This document shows, one piece after another, positions 10,156 through 20,104 of a DNA stretch of 60,919 bases; the first letter of the stretch is position 1; each line of letters opens with the position of its first letter. This stretch comes from Bacteroidota bacterium. GTDB taxonomy: Bacteria > Bacteroidota > Bacteroidia > Bacteroidales > CG2-30-32-10. The translations under genes and the position numbers were made by a program. The DNA is taken from positions 1 to 60,919 of the forward strand of contig JACAAW010000006.1 in assembly GCA_013377115.1 (NCBI GenBank), given 5' to 3'. Below the pieces are notes generated by a model. The model was not told the DNA's origin and did no database searches. It was given only the letters and a program-made list of their open reading frames with translations.

Positions 10156-10163
10156 TATATTTG
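10156..10163 (+). promoter_or_regulatory. Bacteroidota -7 promoter element for the S46 peptidase
   Basis: TATATTTG (TAnnTTTG) 43 nt upstream of ATG 10207. Confidence 0.6.
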
Positions 10164-10206
10164 CAAATAAGTACAAAAACAATTAACTTTTAACAATAAT
10201 ATCTTT

Positions 10207-12381
10207 ATGAAAAAATTACTTTTAGGACTAGTTCTTTCTCTTAGTCTAGCATTTCGCGGGTTTTCAGCAGTGCCTGATGAGGGAATGTGGTTGCCAATGT
10301 TTATTGACAGATTAAACTATGTCGATATGCAAAAAATGGGTCTTCATCTTACTTCGGAAGAACTCTACAGTATCAACAATTCAAGTTTGAAAGACGCCAT
10401 TATTTCTTTAGGTGGATTTTGCACTGCCGAAATTGTATCTGATCAAGGACTTCTTTTTACAAATCACCATTGTGGTTATGATGCCATTCAAACTCATAGC
10501 ACACTTGAGCATGATTATTTAACCAATGGTTTTTGGGCGATGGATAAAAATGAAGAGCTTGAAAACAAAGGTCTTACAGCTTCAGTTCTTGTAAGAATGG
10601 AAGATCTTACCGAAAAAATCAATAAAGAATTAAATGATAAAATGTCGGTTGAAGAAAGAGCAGCAAAAATTGATCAATTAAAGAAAAAATATAAAAAAGA
10701 TGCTTCTGAAAAAGGAAAATATGTAGTTCAGGTAAAAGACTTTTTCGAAGGTAACGAATTTTATATGTTTGTTTATCAAGAATATAAAGACATTCGTTTA
10801 GTTGGAGCTCCTCCTTCAGCTGTTGGAAAATTTGGTGGCGATACTGATAACTGGATGTGGCCAAGACATACTGGTGATTTTAGCATTTTCAGAATATATA
10901 CAGCTCCTGATGGATCTCCTGCAGAATATTCAAAAAGCAACATTCCTCTAAAACCAAAACACTTTTTGCCAATTTCATTAGATGGCGTTAAAAAAGATGA
11001 TTTTACAATGATTTGGGGATATCCAGGAACAACTGATCGTTTTTTAACTTCTTATGGAGTAAAATTAGCTGTTGAAGAATCAAACCCTGCTGTTGTTAAA
11101 ATTAGAGATGAAAAATTATCTATTATGAAAACTGATATGGATGCAGATCCATCAGTTAAACTAAAATATTCTTCTAAATACGCGCAATCTGCAAACTATT
11201 GGAAATATTTTATTGGACAAACTCGCGGTCTAAAAAGATTGGATGTTTTTGGAAAGAAAAAAGAACTAGAAGATGCTTTTACAACATGGGTAAACGCTGA
11301 TGCAGCTAGAAAAACAAAATATGGTACTGCTTTAAACGATATTGCAATTGGTTATGATTCATTGAAAAAATATAATTTATCAATGAAATATTTGGAAGAA
11401 GCTGCTTTCCAAGGACCAGAGGTAATTTTCTTTACTTTTGGAGCTTATAGTCTTTATAATACTTTAAAAACAACCCCAGAAGGAAAAGAAGCTATTGAAG
11501 CGGCTGCTAATGATTTTAAAGCAAAACTAAAAGATTTCTTTAAAGATTATAATGTTGCCACTGATAAAAAACTTTTTGCCTCACTTATGGAAATGTACTA
11601 TAAAGACATTTCAAAAGCTCAACGTCCTGCAATTTTCGAAACAATAGAAAATAAGTATAAAGGTGACTTTAATAAATTTTCGGATGCATTGTATTCAAAA
11701 TCAATTTTTGTTGATCAAGTGAAATTAGAAGCTTTCTTAGCAAAACCATCTTTAAAGGTTCTGGATAAAGATTTAGGTTTCCAAACAATGCTTTCGATGA
11801 TTAAAGCTTATATGGATGTTTATGGAAAATTAGGAACAGTTGAAGAAAAAATAAACGAAGGAAATAGATTGTTTGTTGCTGGTTTAAGAGAAATGAATCC
11901 TGATAAAAAATATTATCCCAATGCAAATTCTACCATGAGAATGACGTATGGAAAAGTTGGCGATTATTTTCCTGCTGATGCAGTTCACTACGATTATAAA
12001 ACAACAGTTTCTGGTATTATTGAAAAAGAGGATCCAAAAAATGACGAATTTATTGTACCATCTAAATTGCATGATTTAATATTAAGCAAAGATTATGGTC
12101 AATATGCAGATAATGAAGGAAAATTGAATGTTTGTTTTATCACAAATACTGATATTACTGGTGGAAACTCTGGAAGTCCTGTTATGAACGGATACGGTCA
12201 ATTAATTGGTCTTGCTTTTGATGGAAACTGGGAAGCAATGAGTGGTGATATTGCATACGAACCAGATCTTCAAAGAACAATCGCGGTTGATATCAGATAT
12301 GTGCTTTTCATTATTGACAAATACGCTGGTGCATCAAATTTAATTAAAGAATTAAGTATTGTAAAAAAACCTGTAAAATAA
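10207..12381 (+). CDS. dpp7: S46 family dipeptidyl peptidase, DPP7-type
   Basis: DEGMW, TNHHC, WPRHTGDF, TGGNSGSP; AFDGNWE has Gly at the S1 position (DPP7-type) rather than the Arg of DPP11. Confidence 0.88.
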   Translation: MKKLLLGLVLSLSLAFRGFSAVPDEGMWLPMFIDRLNYVDMQKMGLHLTSEELYSINNSSLKDAIISLGGFCTAEIVSDQGLLFTNHHCGYDAIQTHSTLEHDYLTNGFWAMDKNEELENKGLTASVLVRMEDLTEKINKELNDKMSVEERAAKIDQLKKKYKKDASEKGKYVVQVKDFFEGNEFYMFVYQEYKDIRLVGAPPSAVGKFGGDTDNWMWPRHTGDFSIFRIYTAPDGSPAEYSKSNIPLKPKHFLPISLDGVKKDDFTMIWGYPGTTDRFLTSYGVKLAVEESNPAVVKIRDEKLSIMKTDMDADPSVKLKYSSKYAQSANYWKYFIGQTRGLKRLDVFGKKKELEDAFTTWVNADAARKTKYGTALNDIAIGYDSLKKYNLSMKYLEEAAFQGPEVIFFTFGAYSLYNTLKTTPEGKEAIEAAANDFKAKLKDFFKDYNVATDKKLFASLMEMYYKDISKAQRPAIFETIENKYKGDFNKFSDALYSKSIFVDQVKLEAFLAKPSLKVLDKDLGFQTMLSMIKAYMDVYGKLGTVEEKINEGNRLFVAGLREMNPDKKYYPNANSTMRMTYGKVGDYFPADAVHYDYKTTVSGIIEKEDPKNDEFIVPSKLHDLILSKDYGQYADNEGKLNVCFITNTDITGGNSGSPVMNGYGQLIGLAFDGNWEAMSGDIAYEPDLQRTIAVDIRYVLFIIDKYAGASNLIKELSIVKKPVK

Positions 12382-12455
12382 AAAAACAGAACCGATTGAA
12401 CTGAAAAAGTTTAAGAAGATAAAGAAAACTTTATTTCAGGACGAAACGTCAGGAT

Positions 12456-12486
12456 AAAAAAAGGGAGCAATTTAGCTCCCTTTTTT
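12456..12486. terminator. Bidirectional rho-independent terminator between convergent S46 and C1A genes
   Basis: aaaaaaagggagc-aattta-gctccctttttt. Confidence 0.88.
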
Positions 12487-12487
12487 A

Positions 12488-14857
12488 TTAACTGCCAATT
12501 ATCACCTTTTTTACCAATATGCTTTTAGAGTCTTTTACTCTAAATAGATAAATACCAGGACAAAGGTTTTCCATATCAATTATTTCTTTGAATTTTTTAT
12601 TTTCATTTTTTATGGTTTTTGAATATACATTTTTCCCAATAGGGTCAAATAAATCTATTTCGATTTGGCAATTTAATGCATTTGGGAGTATTATTTCAAA
12701 TTTCCCATTATTTGGATTAGGATAAATACCAATATTCTCGTCCGCCTCCGCTTCATTAATATTAGTGCAGCTTTCAACATTAATTTCTATGCTTTTTGAA
12801 TTTTGACAACCTTCAGAATTTATTGTTTTATATTTTAAAATATGTAAACCGACACCAGCAATACTTGGATTGAAAATATTGCCAAAAACTCCATCACCTT
12901 CAAAAACACCACCTAATGGACTTGCCAATAAACTAACGGATGTTTCCGAAGTGCAATATTCATGGTTTTCAATTTCAAATTCGATTGGATCAACCGGAAT
13001 AACATTTAAAAATGTCTCCTCAGAAATAACTTCACCGCATGAGTTTGAAATTTTTACACTATAATTTCCTTCGGTTTTTGCAAAAAACAGCTGGTTATTT
13101 GCATTAATAATATCTACTCCATTTAGCAGCCATTCATATTGGTAACTGCCTCCAATTGACGCGCTTAATAAAACCGAATCATTTTCACAAATACTCAATG
13201 AATTTGAACCCGAAATTGCAGAGATAATTGGAGCATCTTCCTGTATAAAGATTTCGCCACTGTGGTTTAAACATCCATATTCATTTAAAATTGAAAGATG
13301 ATAATTTCCGGTTTCTGTTGCATAAAATGTCGAATCTGTTGCTCCAGGAATTTGTATACCATTAAAAAACCAATGATAAAGCGAATCATTTATTGAATTT
13401 CCTGATAATTTTAAAGAATCACCCTCACAAAAGTTATTTCCACCAATTACATTTACGTTTACTGGAATTACTTCACAAGAAGAGTATGCTTTTATGCATA
13501 AATCATAAGGATTGTTTGTGGTGGCTCCTAACAAATTCCAGGTAGAATTATTTGAACTAACCCAACATTTATTAGATTCAATACTCGCATTACTGGAATA
13601 TCCAGCTATGGCTAATTCGATTGGAATAGGATAATAGAATCCAGGAGTTTCATATTTTACCTTAATATAAAAATCATTTCCTAATGTCATTTTTATGGGA
13701 CTTGGCAAATCAAATGTGTAATAACCAGGATATTCACAATATAAATTAGCTGAAGAGGATAATAAATTGGTAAAGTTTATTCCATCAAAATTATCGTAAA
13801 CTTCAATTTCAATTGTTGCATTTCCTGAAGAAATCCAAGTTCCTACTTTTGTAATTGGTTGTATATTATCAGAAACATATTTTACCGTAGCCCAGGCAGT
13901 TGGGTTATTAAAACCCCAATCAGCGATTCTTCCAAAATCATCATAATGATAAACTTTTGCATTTTTTGGAGAATTTAATTTTTCTGGAAAAAAAGCGATA
14001 TCAGAAAGAACTTTGGTATCATTATAAGAAATATAAAAATATCCATTTTCACCCCAATTTGTACCCCAGCTATTTTGAATAATCCAAGCACCAACACCTC
14101 CAGCCGTTGGCTTGTAATCGTCCCAACCAACAAGCATTACTGCATGATTTGGATAATTCGTTCCATCATAATAATAAGTATTGTCATTTGAATTAAAAGC
14201 ACTGCCATCCCATCTCATCGAAATATATAATGCACCATTATTTTTTATTGTCTCTTTCACCAAATGTACATCTTTTGGTAAAAATCTGGAATCTGTAACA
14301 TAGGTGAAAGGACTTAATCCGTTCGGACATGATCCGGAAATGGGAATATAGTAATCTTCATTTTCAAAAACGGGGCCTGAAAGTCTTGATAAATAAGATA
14401 CCGCTATTGATTGATTTCCTCCTGTGCAACCATTCCAATCAAATAAATGGCAATTTTTTAAATTATTCTCTGAAAGATTAAAATCCCCAAGGCCAAGAGT
14501 TTTCCATCTTGATTCGATGGATCCCAAAACTGCAAATGCCCAGCAAGAGCCACAACTGCCTTGATCTTTAACAGCTGTCAATCTATTTAATGTTCGCAAA
14601 TCATAAACAGAACTTGTTAAATCCACATGTTTATTTTCAGCGAGAATTCTATAATTTTCATTGAAATTATTCTCAGAAATAGATGGAATGAGTCCTAGTC
14701 CATGACCCTCTGGGGTAATCATGATATTTTTTTCTGATGTGTTTTCCAATAAAAATTGTTTGTAATTGTCACTTATAGGAGAACGTTGTGAATTATTTTG
14801 GCAAAAAATATTTTCTGAAATTATCATTAAGAAAATTATTATAATAAAGTTTTTCAT
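12488..14857 (-). CDS. Papain-family (C1A) cysteine protease with lectin-like domain, Ig-like repeats and T9SS type A CTD
   Basis: QGSCGSCWAF, NHAV, QNSWGTNWGENGY; lectin-like segment ending DLCIKAY; CTD IYPNP..GIYL..KKVII. Start set at ATG 14857 (MKNFII). Confidence 0.88.
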   Translation of the reverse strand: MKNFIIIIFLMIISENIFCQNNSQRSPISDNYKQFLLENTSEKNIMITPEGHGLGLIPSISENNFNENYRILAENKHVDLTSSVYDLRTLNRLTAVKDQGSCGSCWAFAVLGSIESRWKTLGLGDFNLSENNLKNCHLFDWNGCTGGNQSIAVSYLSRLSGPVFENEDYYIPISGSCPNGLSPFTYVTDSRFLPKDVHLVKETIKNNGALYISMRWDGSAFNSNDNTYYYDGTNYPNHAVMLVGWDDYKPTAGGVGAWIIQNSWGTNWGENGYFYISYNDTKVLSDIAFFPEKLNSPKNAKVYHYDDFGRIADWGFNNPTAWATVKYVSDNIQPITKVGTWISSGNATIEIEVYDNFDGINFTNLLSSSANLYCEYPGYYTFDLPSPIKMTLGNDFYIKVKYETPGFYYPIPIELAIAGYSSNASIESNKCWVSSNNSTWNLLGATTNNPYDLCIKAYSSCEVIPVNVNVIGGNNFCEGDSLKLSGNSINDSLYHWFFNGIQIPGATDSTFYATETGNYHLSILNEYGCLNHSGEIFIQEDAPIISAISGSNSLSICENDSVLLSASIGGSYQYEWLLNGVDIINANNQLFFAKTEGNYSVKISNSCGEVISEETFLNVIPVDPIEFEIENHEYCTSETSVSLLASPLGGVFEGDGVFGNIFNPSIAGVGLHILKYKTINSEGCQNSKSIEINVESCTNINEAEADENIGIYPNPNNGKFEIILPNALNCQIEIDLFDPIGKNVYSKTIKNENKKFKEIIDMENLCPGIYLFRVKDSKSILVKKVIIGS

Positions 14858-15158
14858 GATTTTCCTCCTCTGAAATTTCTTTTGTTTAATTGATAAAATT
14901 ACCAGTTGAGCGAAAAAAAAGTAAGCGTATTTCAGCCGTTTATTTTTCAAGGTGTAAAAAGGATCTTTAAGAATTTAGCTTAGTTTCTTCTAGGGTGTTT
15001 TACTTGAAGTTTAAATAACCCCTTTTGGACTTTTTTAAACCAATTCTTTTCTCGATAATTTTCAGGTATATTACCCTAAATTAAATGGAGTAATTAAACG
15101 CTATTATTGTCTTTTAAATAGTAAGAAATTTGTGATAAGTCATTAAAAATTAGAAGTC

Positions 15159-17231
15159 ATGAAAACGAATTTTTTTAAAACAGCAGTGATAATTGGAGTT
15201 ATTTGGTTAATTAACCCATTGGAGTTATTTTCCCAAAGTAAAAACTTCAGAAAAATATACGAAATAGCTGATGATTTGTCCTTTGAAAACAAATTTGAAG
15301 AAGCCTTGCCTTATTGGAAAATGCTTGATTCTATTTCTCCCAATAATCCCAATATTGCTTTTAATATTGGATTGTGCTATTTAAATTCGTCAGAAAAGGG
15401 CAAAGCCATTCCTTTACTTCAATTTGCCTCAAAGAAAGCTTCAGTTGACTACGAAGGATCTTATGATGAAAGGAGTGCCCCAGTTTTTGCATATTTTTTT
15501 CTTGGTGAGGCTTTTCATTCCGAAAGCAAGATGGACGAGGCTGTAAAAAATTTTAACAAATTTAAAACCTTCCTTCCAAAAGAAGATGAAGAGGATATTA
15601 ATGCTGTAAATAATCAAATTCAATATTGTTTGGTCGCAAAGAAAAACCTCAATAATCCTTTAAATGTAAATATTCAAAATTTGGGACCATCAGTAAATTC
15701 ATCTCATTCTGACTATTCTCCAGTTCTTTTTGGTGATAATAGCCAACTATATTTTACTTCGAAAAGAGACTTGTTAAGCAGCTCCAATTCAAAAAAGATT
15801 ATTGAAGGAAAAGAAGCAATCTATTTTACAAAATATAACCCAGAGGAAAACTTATGGAGTAAGGCAATTGCAATGGGTGAACCATTTTCAAGTAATAAAA
15901 ATATTGCAACCATAGGAAAAACATGGAATGAAAAAGGAATGTATTTTTTCAAAAATGAAGAAAAAGAAAATGGGGATATTTATTTTTCAGCAAAAAATGA
16001 AAACGGTTGGGAAGCACCAAATAAACTTTCCAAAAAAATAAATAATAATACAATGGAATACCACTCATTTGTTTCTTATGATGGCTCCTCATTCTTTTTT
16101 GTAAGTGACCGAAAAGGTGGTTACGGTGGAAAAGATATTTGGAAAAGTAGTTTAAAGGAAAATGGAGAGTGGTCTGATCCAGAAAACTTAGGTCCTGAAA
16201 TTAATACGGAATATGATGAAGATGCACCTTATATAACTGAAGATGGAAGAACATTGTATTTTAGCTCCACTGGTCACGAAAGCATGGGAGATTATGATGT
16301 ATTTTACTCAAAACTTCAAAATAATGGATGGTCGAATGCAATAAATATTGGAAGTCCAATTAATTCAATGGAAGATGATATTTATTTTGCCCCAAGCAAA
16401 AATGGTCAATCAGCAATATTTTCATCTTCAAGATCAGGAGGTTATGGAGAAATGGATATTTATAAAATTGATTTTGAAAAGCAAAATAGGGAAATAATGT
16501 TAAAATGCATTACTATTAATCAAGAATCTATGCCGGTGCCTTCTAATATTATTCTTAAAGAAGCAGGAAGTGGTCAAATAATTAATCCAATTTCAATAGA
16601 AATGAAAAGTGGAGAGGCATTTTTTAGTGTTCAAAATGAAAAAACTTACGAAGCGTCCATTTTTGTGAATGACAATATGGAAATCAAAGAAAACTTGACC
16701 ATTTTATCCGAAAAATCAATTAATCAAAACTTTAATAATCCAGAAAATCTTTATGCTGTATTACAAATACAAGATTCCGAAACAATCTCTAAAGAATTTG
16801 TAATAAGCGATCCAGTTATTGCAGTTATTGAATTGAAAGAAAATACTGAAGAAACTAAAATTGTCATCTCCAATATTTATTTTGGTTTTGATAAATCTGA
16901 TCTTACTGAAGAAACCACAGGAGAGTTGGAAAAAATATCATCTATTTTAATTAAAAACTCAAATTATAAAATAGAAATAGCAGGCCATACTGATAATATC
17001 GGATCGGATGAATATAATGATAAATTGTCTTTACAAAGAGCTGCTGCCGCGGAAAAATTCCTGGTTGAAAAAGGAATTGGTATCGAAAGAATCAATAAAA
17101 ATGGATTTGGATACCATAAACCAATAAGTGACAATAAAACCCCATCAGGAAGACAATTGAACAGAAGAACAGAGTTTAAAATTTTTAATGAGAAAAATGA
17201 ATTAATTTATTCTTCGGTAAGCCTTTCATAA
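15159..17231 (+). CDS. TPR / PD40 propeller / OmpA-C peptidoglycan-binding protein (PorE-like architecture)
   Basis: N-terminal TPRs; PD40 repeats (NLGPEINTEYDEDAP, SDRKGGYGGKDIW); OmpA motifs IYFGFDKS, GHTDNIG, LSLQRA, NRRTEF. Confidence 0.88.
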   Translation: MKTNFFKTAVIIGVIWLINPLELFSQSKNFRKIYEIADDLSFENKFEEALPYWKMLDSISPNNPNIAFNIGLCYLNSSEKGKAIPLLQFASKKASVDYEGSYDERSAPVFAYFFLGEAFHSESKMDEAVKNFNKFKTFLPKEDEEDINAVNNQIQYCLVAKKNLNNPLNVNIQNLGPSVNSSHSDYSPVLFGDNSQLYFTSKRDLLSSSNSKKIIEGKEAIYFTKYNPEENLWSKAIAMGEPFSSNKNIATIGKTWNEKGMYFFKNEEKENGDIYFSAKNENGWEAPNKLSKKINNNTMEYHSFVSYDGSSFFFVSDRKGGYGGKDIWKSSLKENGEWSDPENLGPEINTEYDEDAPYITEDGRTLYFSSTGHESMGDYDVFYSKLQNNGWSNAINIGSPINSMEDDIYFAPSKNGQSAIFSSSRSGGYGEMDIYKIDFEKQNREIMLKCITINQESMPVPSNIILKEAGSGQIINPISIEMKSGEAFFSVQNEKTYEASIFVNDNMEIKENLTILSEKSINQNFNNPENLYAVLQIQDSETISKEFVISDPVIAVIELKENTEETKIVISNIYFGFDKSDLTEETTGELEKISSILIKNSNYKIEIAGHTDNIGSDEYNDKLSLQRAAAAEKFLVEKGIGIERINKNGFGYHKPISDNKTPSGRQLNRRTEFKIFNEKNELIYSSVSLS

Positions 17232-17479
17232 TTAGTATTAATTTTTTCGACCAAGAAAAGGCTATCAAAATAATGATGGTCTTTTTTGGGTTGAAATCTC
17301 TCTTTTGGAAATATTAAAATACTGGATTTTCTGTTTTTAAGGTTGTTATTCCGGAATCTATCATTTTTATTAAGGGCCAAAACACATACAATGAATATCC
17401 AGGAAGAAACAAAAATTTCCTTTAAAAGAATGAAAATATACCTTAAATTTGACAAATATACAATTGAAAAATTTTTAAT

Positions 17480-20089
17480 ATGATTTTATTGCAATACCTT
17501 CATTTTTTTTGTTTAATAACTTATGCTTTAATGGCAGGTTATGTTATTTATATCGATAGTAAATCACTGTTGAATAGGGCTTGCGCAGCGTTAATGGTTT
17601 GCTTTTTTGTTTGGTCGACTTATGAAGTTTTTGGCAATAGGGAGGGTATTTCTAAGGAGATAGCCATTCTTTTTCAGAATATTTCTTCATTTGGATGGAT
17701 TGGTTTTTCTGGAGCTCTTATCGTTTTTTCTTTAGCATTTTCGAAAAATGAAAGATTATTGAAATCAAAATTTCTTATAGTTATAATGGCTCTAATCTCA
17801 TTGGGGTTAATATTTGTGCAGTGGACAGAGGGCATGGTTGTAAATCCAGTAAAGTTGCAATTTGGTTGGGTCTTTGGTTGGTCAAATAGTTTTTGGACCT
17901 ATCTCTATTTTCTTTATTATTCCTCAATAACTTTAATTTCTATTTTTATTATTTACAACTTTCGAAAAAAAACGAATTTAGTTAGTAAGAGAAAGCAATC
18001 CAACATTTTGTTAATTACAATCACAATTTCATTAATTACGGGGACCATTTCGAATGTAATAATACCCTTGTTTTATAATATTGCAATCGTTCAGTTAGCT
18101 GATGTCTTAATAATAATTTTTGCAATTGGGCTGTTTTATTCGATAGTAAAATTTAAATTCTTAAATATTACACCTGCAATTGCTGCTGAGAACATCATTT
18201 CAACAATGTCCGAATTATTAATAATAACTGATAATGAAGGAAATATCTTGGATGTTAATAATTCCGGATTAAAAACATTGGAATATAATCAACGGGAATT
18301 AAAGGGGAAATCAATCGAGATATTATTTGGTAAAAATAAAAAGATTAAATCTTTCCTTCAAAAAGTTTCATTGGGTGAAATAATTTTAAATCAAGATGAA
18401 GAATTTATTTCAAAGAAATTAAGAATCATACCTGTAATTTATTCATGTACACCATTGAAAGATGAAGAAGGGGAAAAAAGAGGGAATGTAATTGTTGCTA
18501 GGAATATTAGCGAAAGATTGGATACCGAAAAATTATTAAAAGAAACTGAGGATAAGTACCAGTTTATTGTTGAAAATACCGATGATGTGTTGTGGCTTAT
18601 GAATAGCAACCTTCAGCTTGAATATGAAACGCCGTCAGTCTATAGATTTTTTGGTTATACTGTTGAGGAACACATGAAAATGTCTCTTGAAGAATATTTA
18701 ACTCCTGATTCCGCGCAATTAATTCAAAATGAATTTCAAGAGGGGATGATAAATTTGATGAAAAAGGACTATGCCAAACTAAGAAATAAAGCAGAACTTG
18801 AAGTTGAATTTGTTCGGAAGGATAAAACAACAGGGTTTGCAAGAATATCAATGACCATTATTCGTGATGAAGAATATCGAATATTAAAAATAAGAGGAAT
18901 TACCACAGATATTACAGAACGAAAAATTGCAGAAAAAGAACTCGTTAAAGCAAAGGAAAAAGCTGAGGAAGCTGATCGTCTAAAATCTGCTTTCCTTGCA
19001 AATATGAGTCATGAAATCCGCACCCCAATGAATGGAATTATTGGATTTGCACAACTACTAAATTTAGAAAGTACCACAACCGAAGAAAGAAAAGAATTTG
19101 TAAATATCATCAATGAAAGTGCTGATCATCTGCTAATTTTAATAAATGATATTATTGATATTGCAAAAATAGATAGCAATCAGATAGCAATCAATAAAGT
19201 AACTATAAATTTAAACCAGCTTTTAAATGATTTATTTCTCTTATACGAAAGAGAAAAAGTTCAAAAGAATAAAAGTGATATTGTTTTGGTATTAGAAAAA
19301 GCATTGCCCGACAATCAAAGCAATATTTATACCGATGATGTGAGATTAAAACAAGTATTGTATAATTTAATTAGTAATTCATTGAAATTCACTAAAGAAG
19401 GATTCATAAAATTTGGTTATACAATTGAAAATGAAGCAATACAATTTTTTGTGAAAGACACAGGAAAAGGAGTTGCAGATTCAAAGCAAAAATTGATTTT
19501 TGAGCGCTTTAGACAAGAAGAAGAATCAAATACCCGACAATATGGTGGTTCGGGTTTAGGTCTTTCTATTTCCAAAGGACTAATTGAACTTCTTGATGGA
19601 AAAATATGGATGGAATCCAGAGAAGGACATGGTGCTTCATTCTTTTTTACACTCCCAATAAATGTTATTACAAATGAGCATTCAATTGTTCGTTCTAAAG
19701 AAATTAGTTTAAAAGAGTATGATTTTAGCGGGAAAACAATTTTAGCAGTTGAAGATGTTGAAATAAATGCAATGATAATTCGTCAATATCTAAAAACAAC
19801 AAATGCAAAAGTTATTGAAGCAAAAAATGGTGATTCAGCGATTAAAATTTGTAATGAAAACGATAAAATTGATTTGGTTTTAATGGATATTTTGATGCCT
19901 ATAATGAATGGCTATGACGCAACAAAAGAAATTAGAAAAATAAGACCAAACTTGCCAATAATCGCACTTACGGCCTATGCTTATGCCGAAGACAGAGAAA
20001 AGTGCTTAAAGGCGGGATGCAATGATTTTGTGACAAAACCAATCGATTGGTCAGAATTGTATGCTGTGATTGATACTTGGTTAAAATAA
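17480..20089 (+). CDS. Hybrid sensor histidine kinase (7TM input, two PAS, HisKA, HATPase, receiver)
   Basis: Hydrophobic N-terminus; FLANMSHEIRTPMNG; NLISNSLKFT; DTGKG; GGSGLGL; receiver LMDILMP..KP; -7 box TAAATTTG 17444-17451. Confidence 0.92.
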   Translation: MILLQYLHFFCLITYALMAGYVIYIDSKSLLNRACAALMVCFFVWSTYEVFGNREGISKEIAILFQNISSFGWIGFSGALIVFSLAFSKNERLLKSKFLIVIMALISLGLIFVQWTEGMVVNPVKLQFGWVFGWSNSFWTYLYFLYYSSITLISIFIIYNFRKKTNLVSKRKQSNILLITITISLITGTISNVIIPLFYNIAIVQLADVLIIIFAIGLFYSIVKFKFLNITPAIAAENIISTMSELLIITDNEGNILDVNNSGLKTLEYNQRELKGKSIEILFGKNKKIKSFLQKVSLGEIILNQDEEFISKKLRIIPVIYSCTPLKDEEGEKRGNVIVARNISERLDTEKLLKETEDKYQFIVENTDDVLWLMNSNLQLEYETPSVYRFFGYTVEEHMKMSLEEYLTPDSAQLIQNEFQEGMINLMKKDYAKLRNKAELEVEFVRKDKTTGFARISMTIIRDEEYRILKIRGITTDITERKIAEKELVKAKEKAEEADRLKSAFLANMSHEIRTPMNGIIGFAQLLNLESTTTEERKEFVNIINESADHLLILINDIIDIAKIDSNQIAINKVTINLNQLLNDLFLLYEREKVQKNKSDIVLVLEKALPDNQSNIYTDDVRLKQVLYNLISNSLKFTKEGFIKFGYTIENEAIQFFVKDTGKGVADSKQKLIFERFRQEEESNTRQYGGSGLGLSISKGLIELLDGKIWMESREGHGASFFFTLPINVITNEHSIVRSKEISLKEYDFSGKTILAVEDVEINAMIIRQYLKTTNAKVIEAKNGDSAIKICNENDKIDLVLMDILMPIMNGYDATKEIRKIRPNLPIIALTAYAYAEDREKCLKAGCNDFVTKPIDWSELYAVIDTWLK

Positions 20090-20104
20090 TGGATTAAACA
20101 ATAA

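Noticed and set aside
14990-15100. Possible LuxR-type sites (e.g. ggta-tat-tacc at 15065-15075) in the divergent C1A/OmpA promoter
   Set aside because: The palindrome is too short to distinguish from background, and no cognate regulator is nearby.
17207-17455. 82-aa minus-strand ORF in the OmpA-kinase intergenic region
   Set aside because: TTG start, overlaps the kinase promoter and the OmpA stop, and shows no family features.
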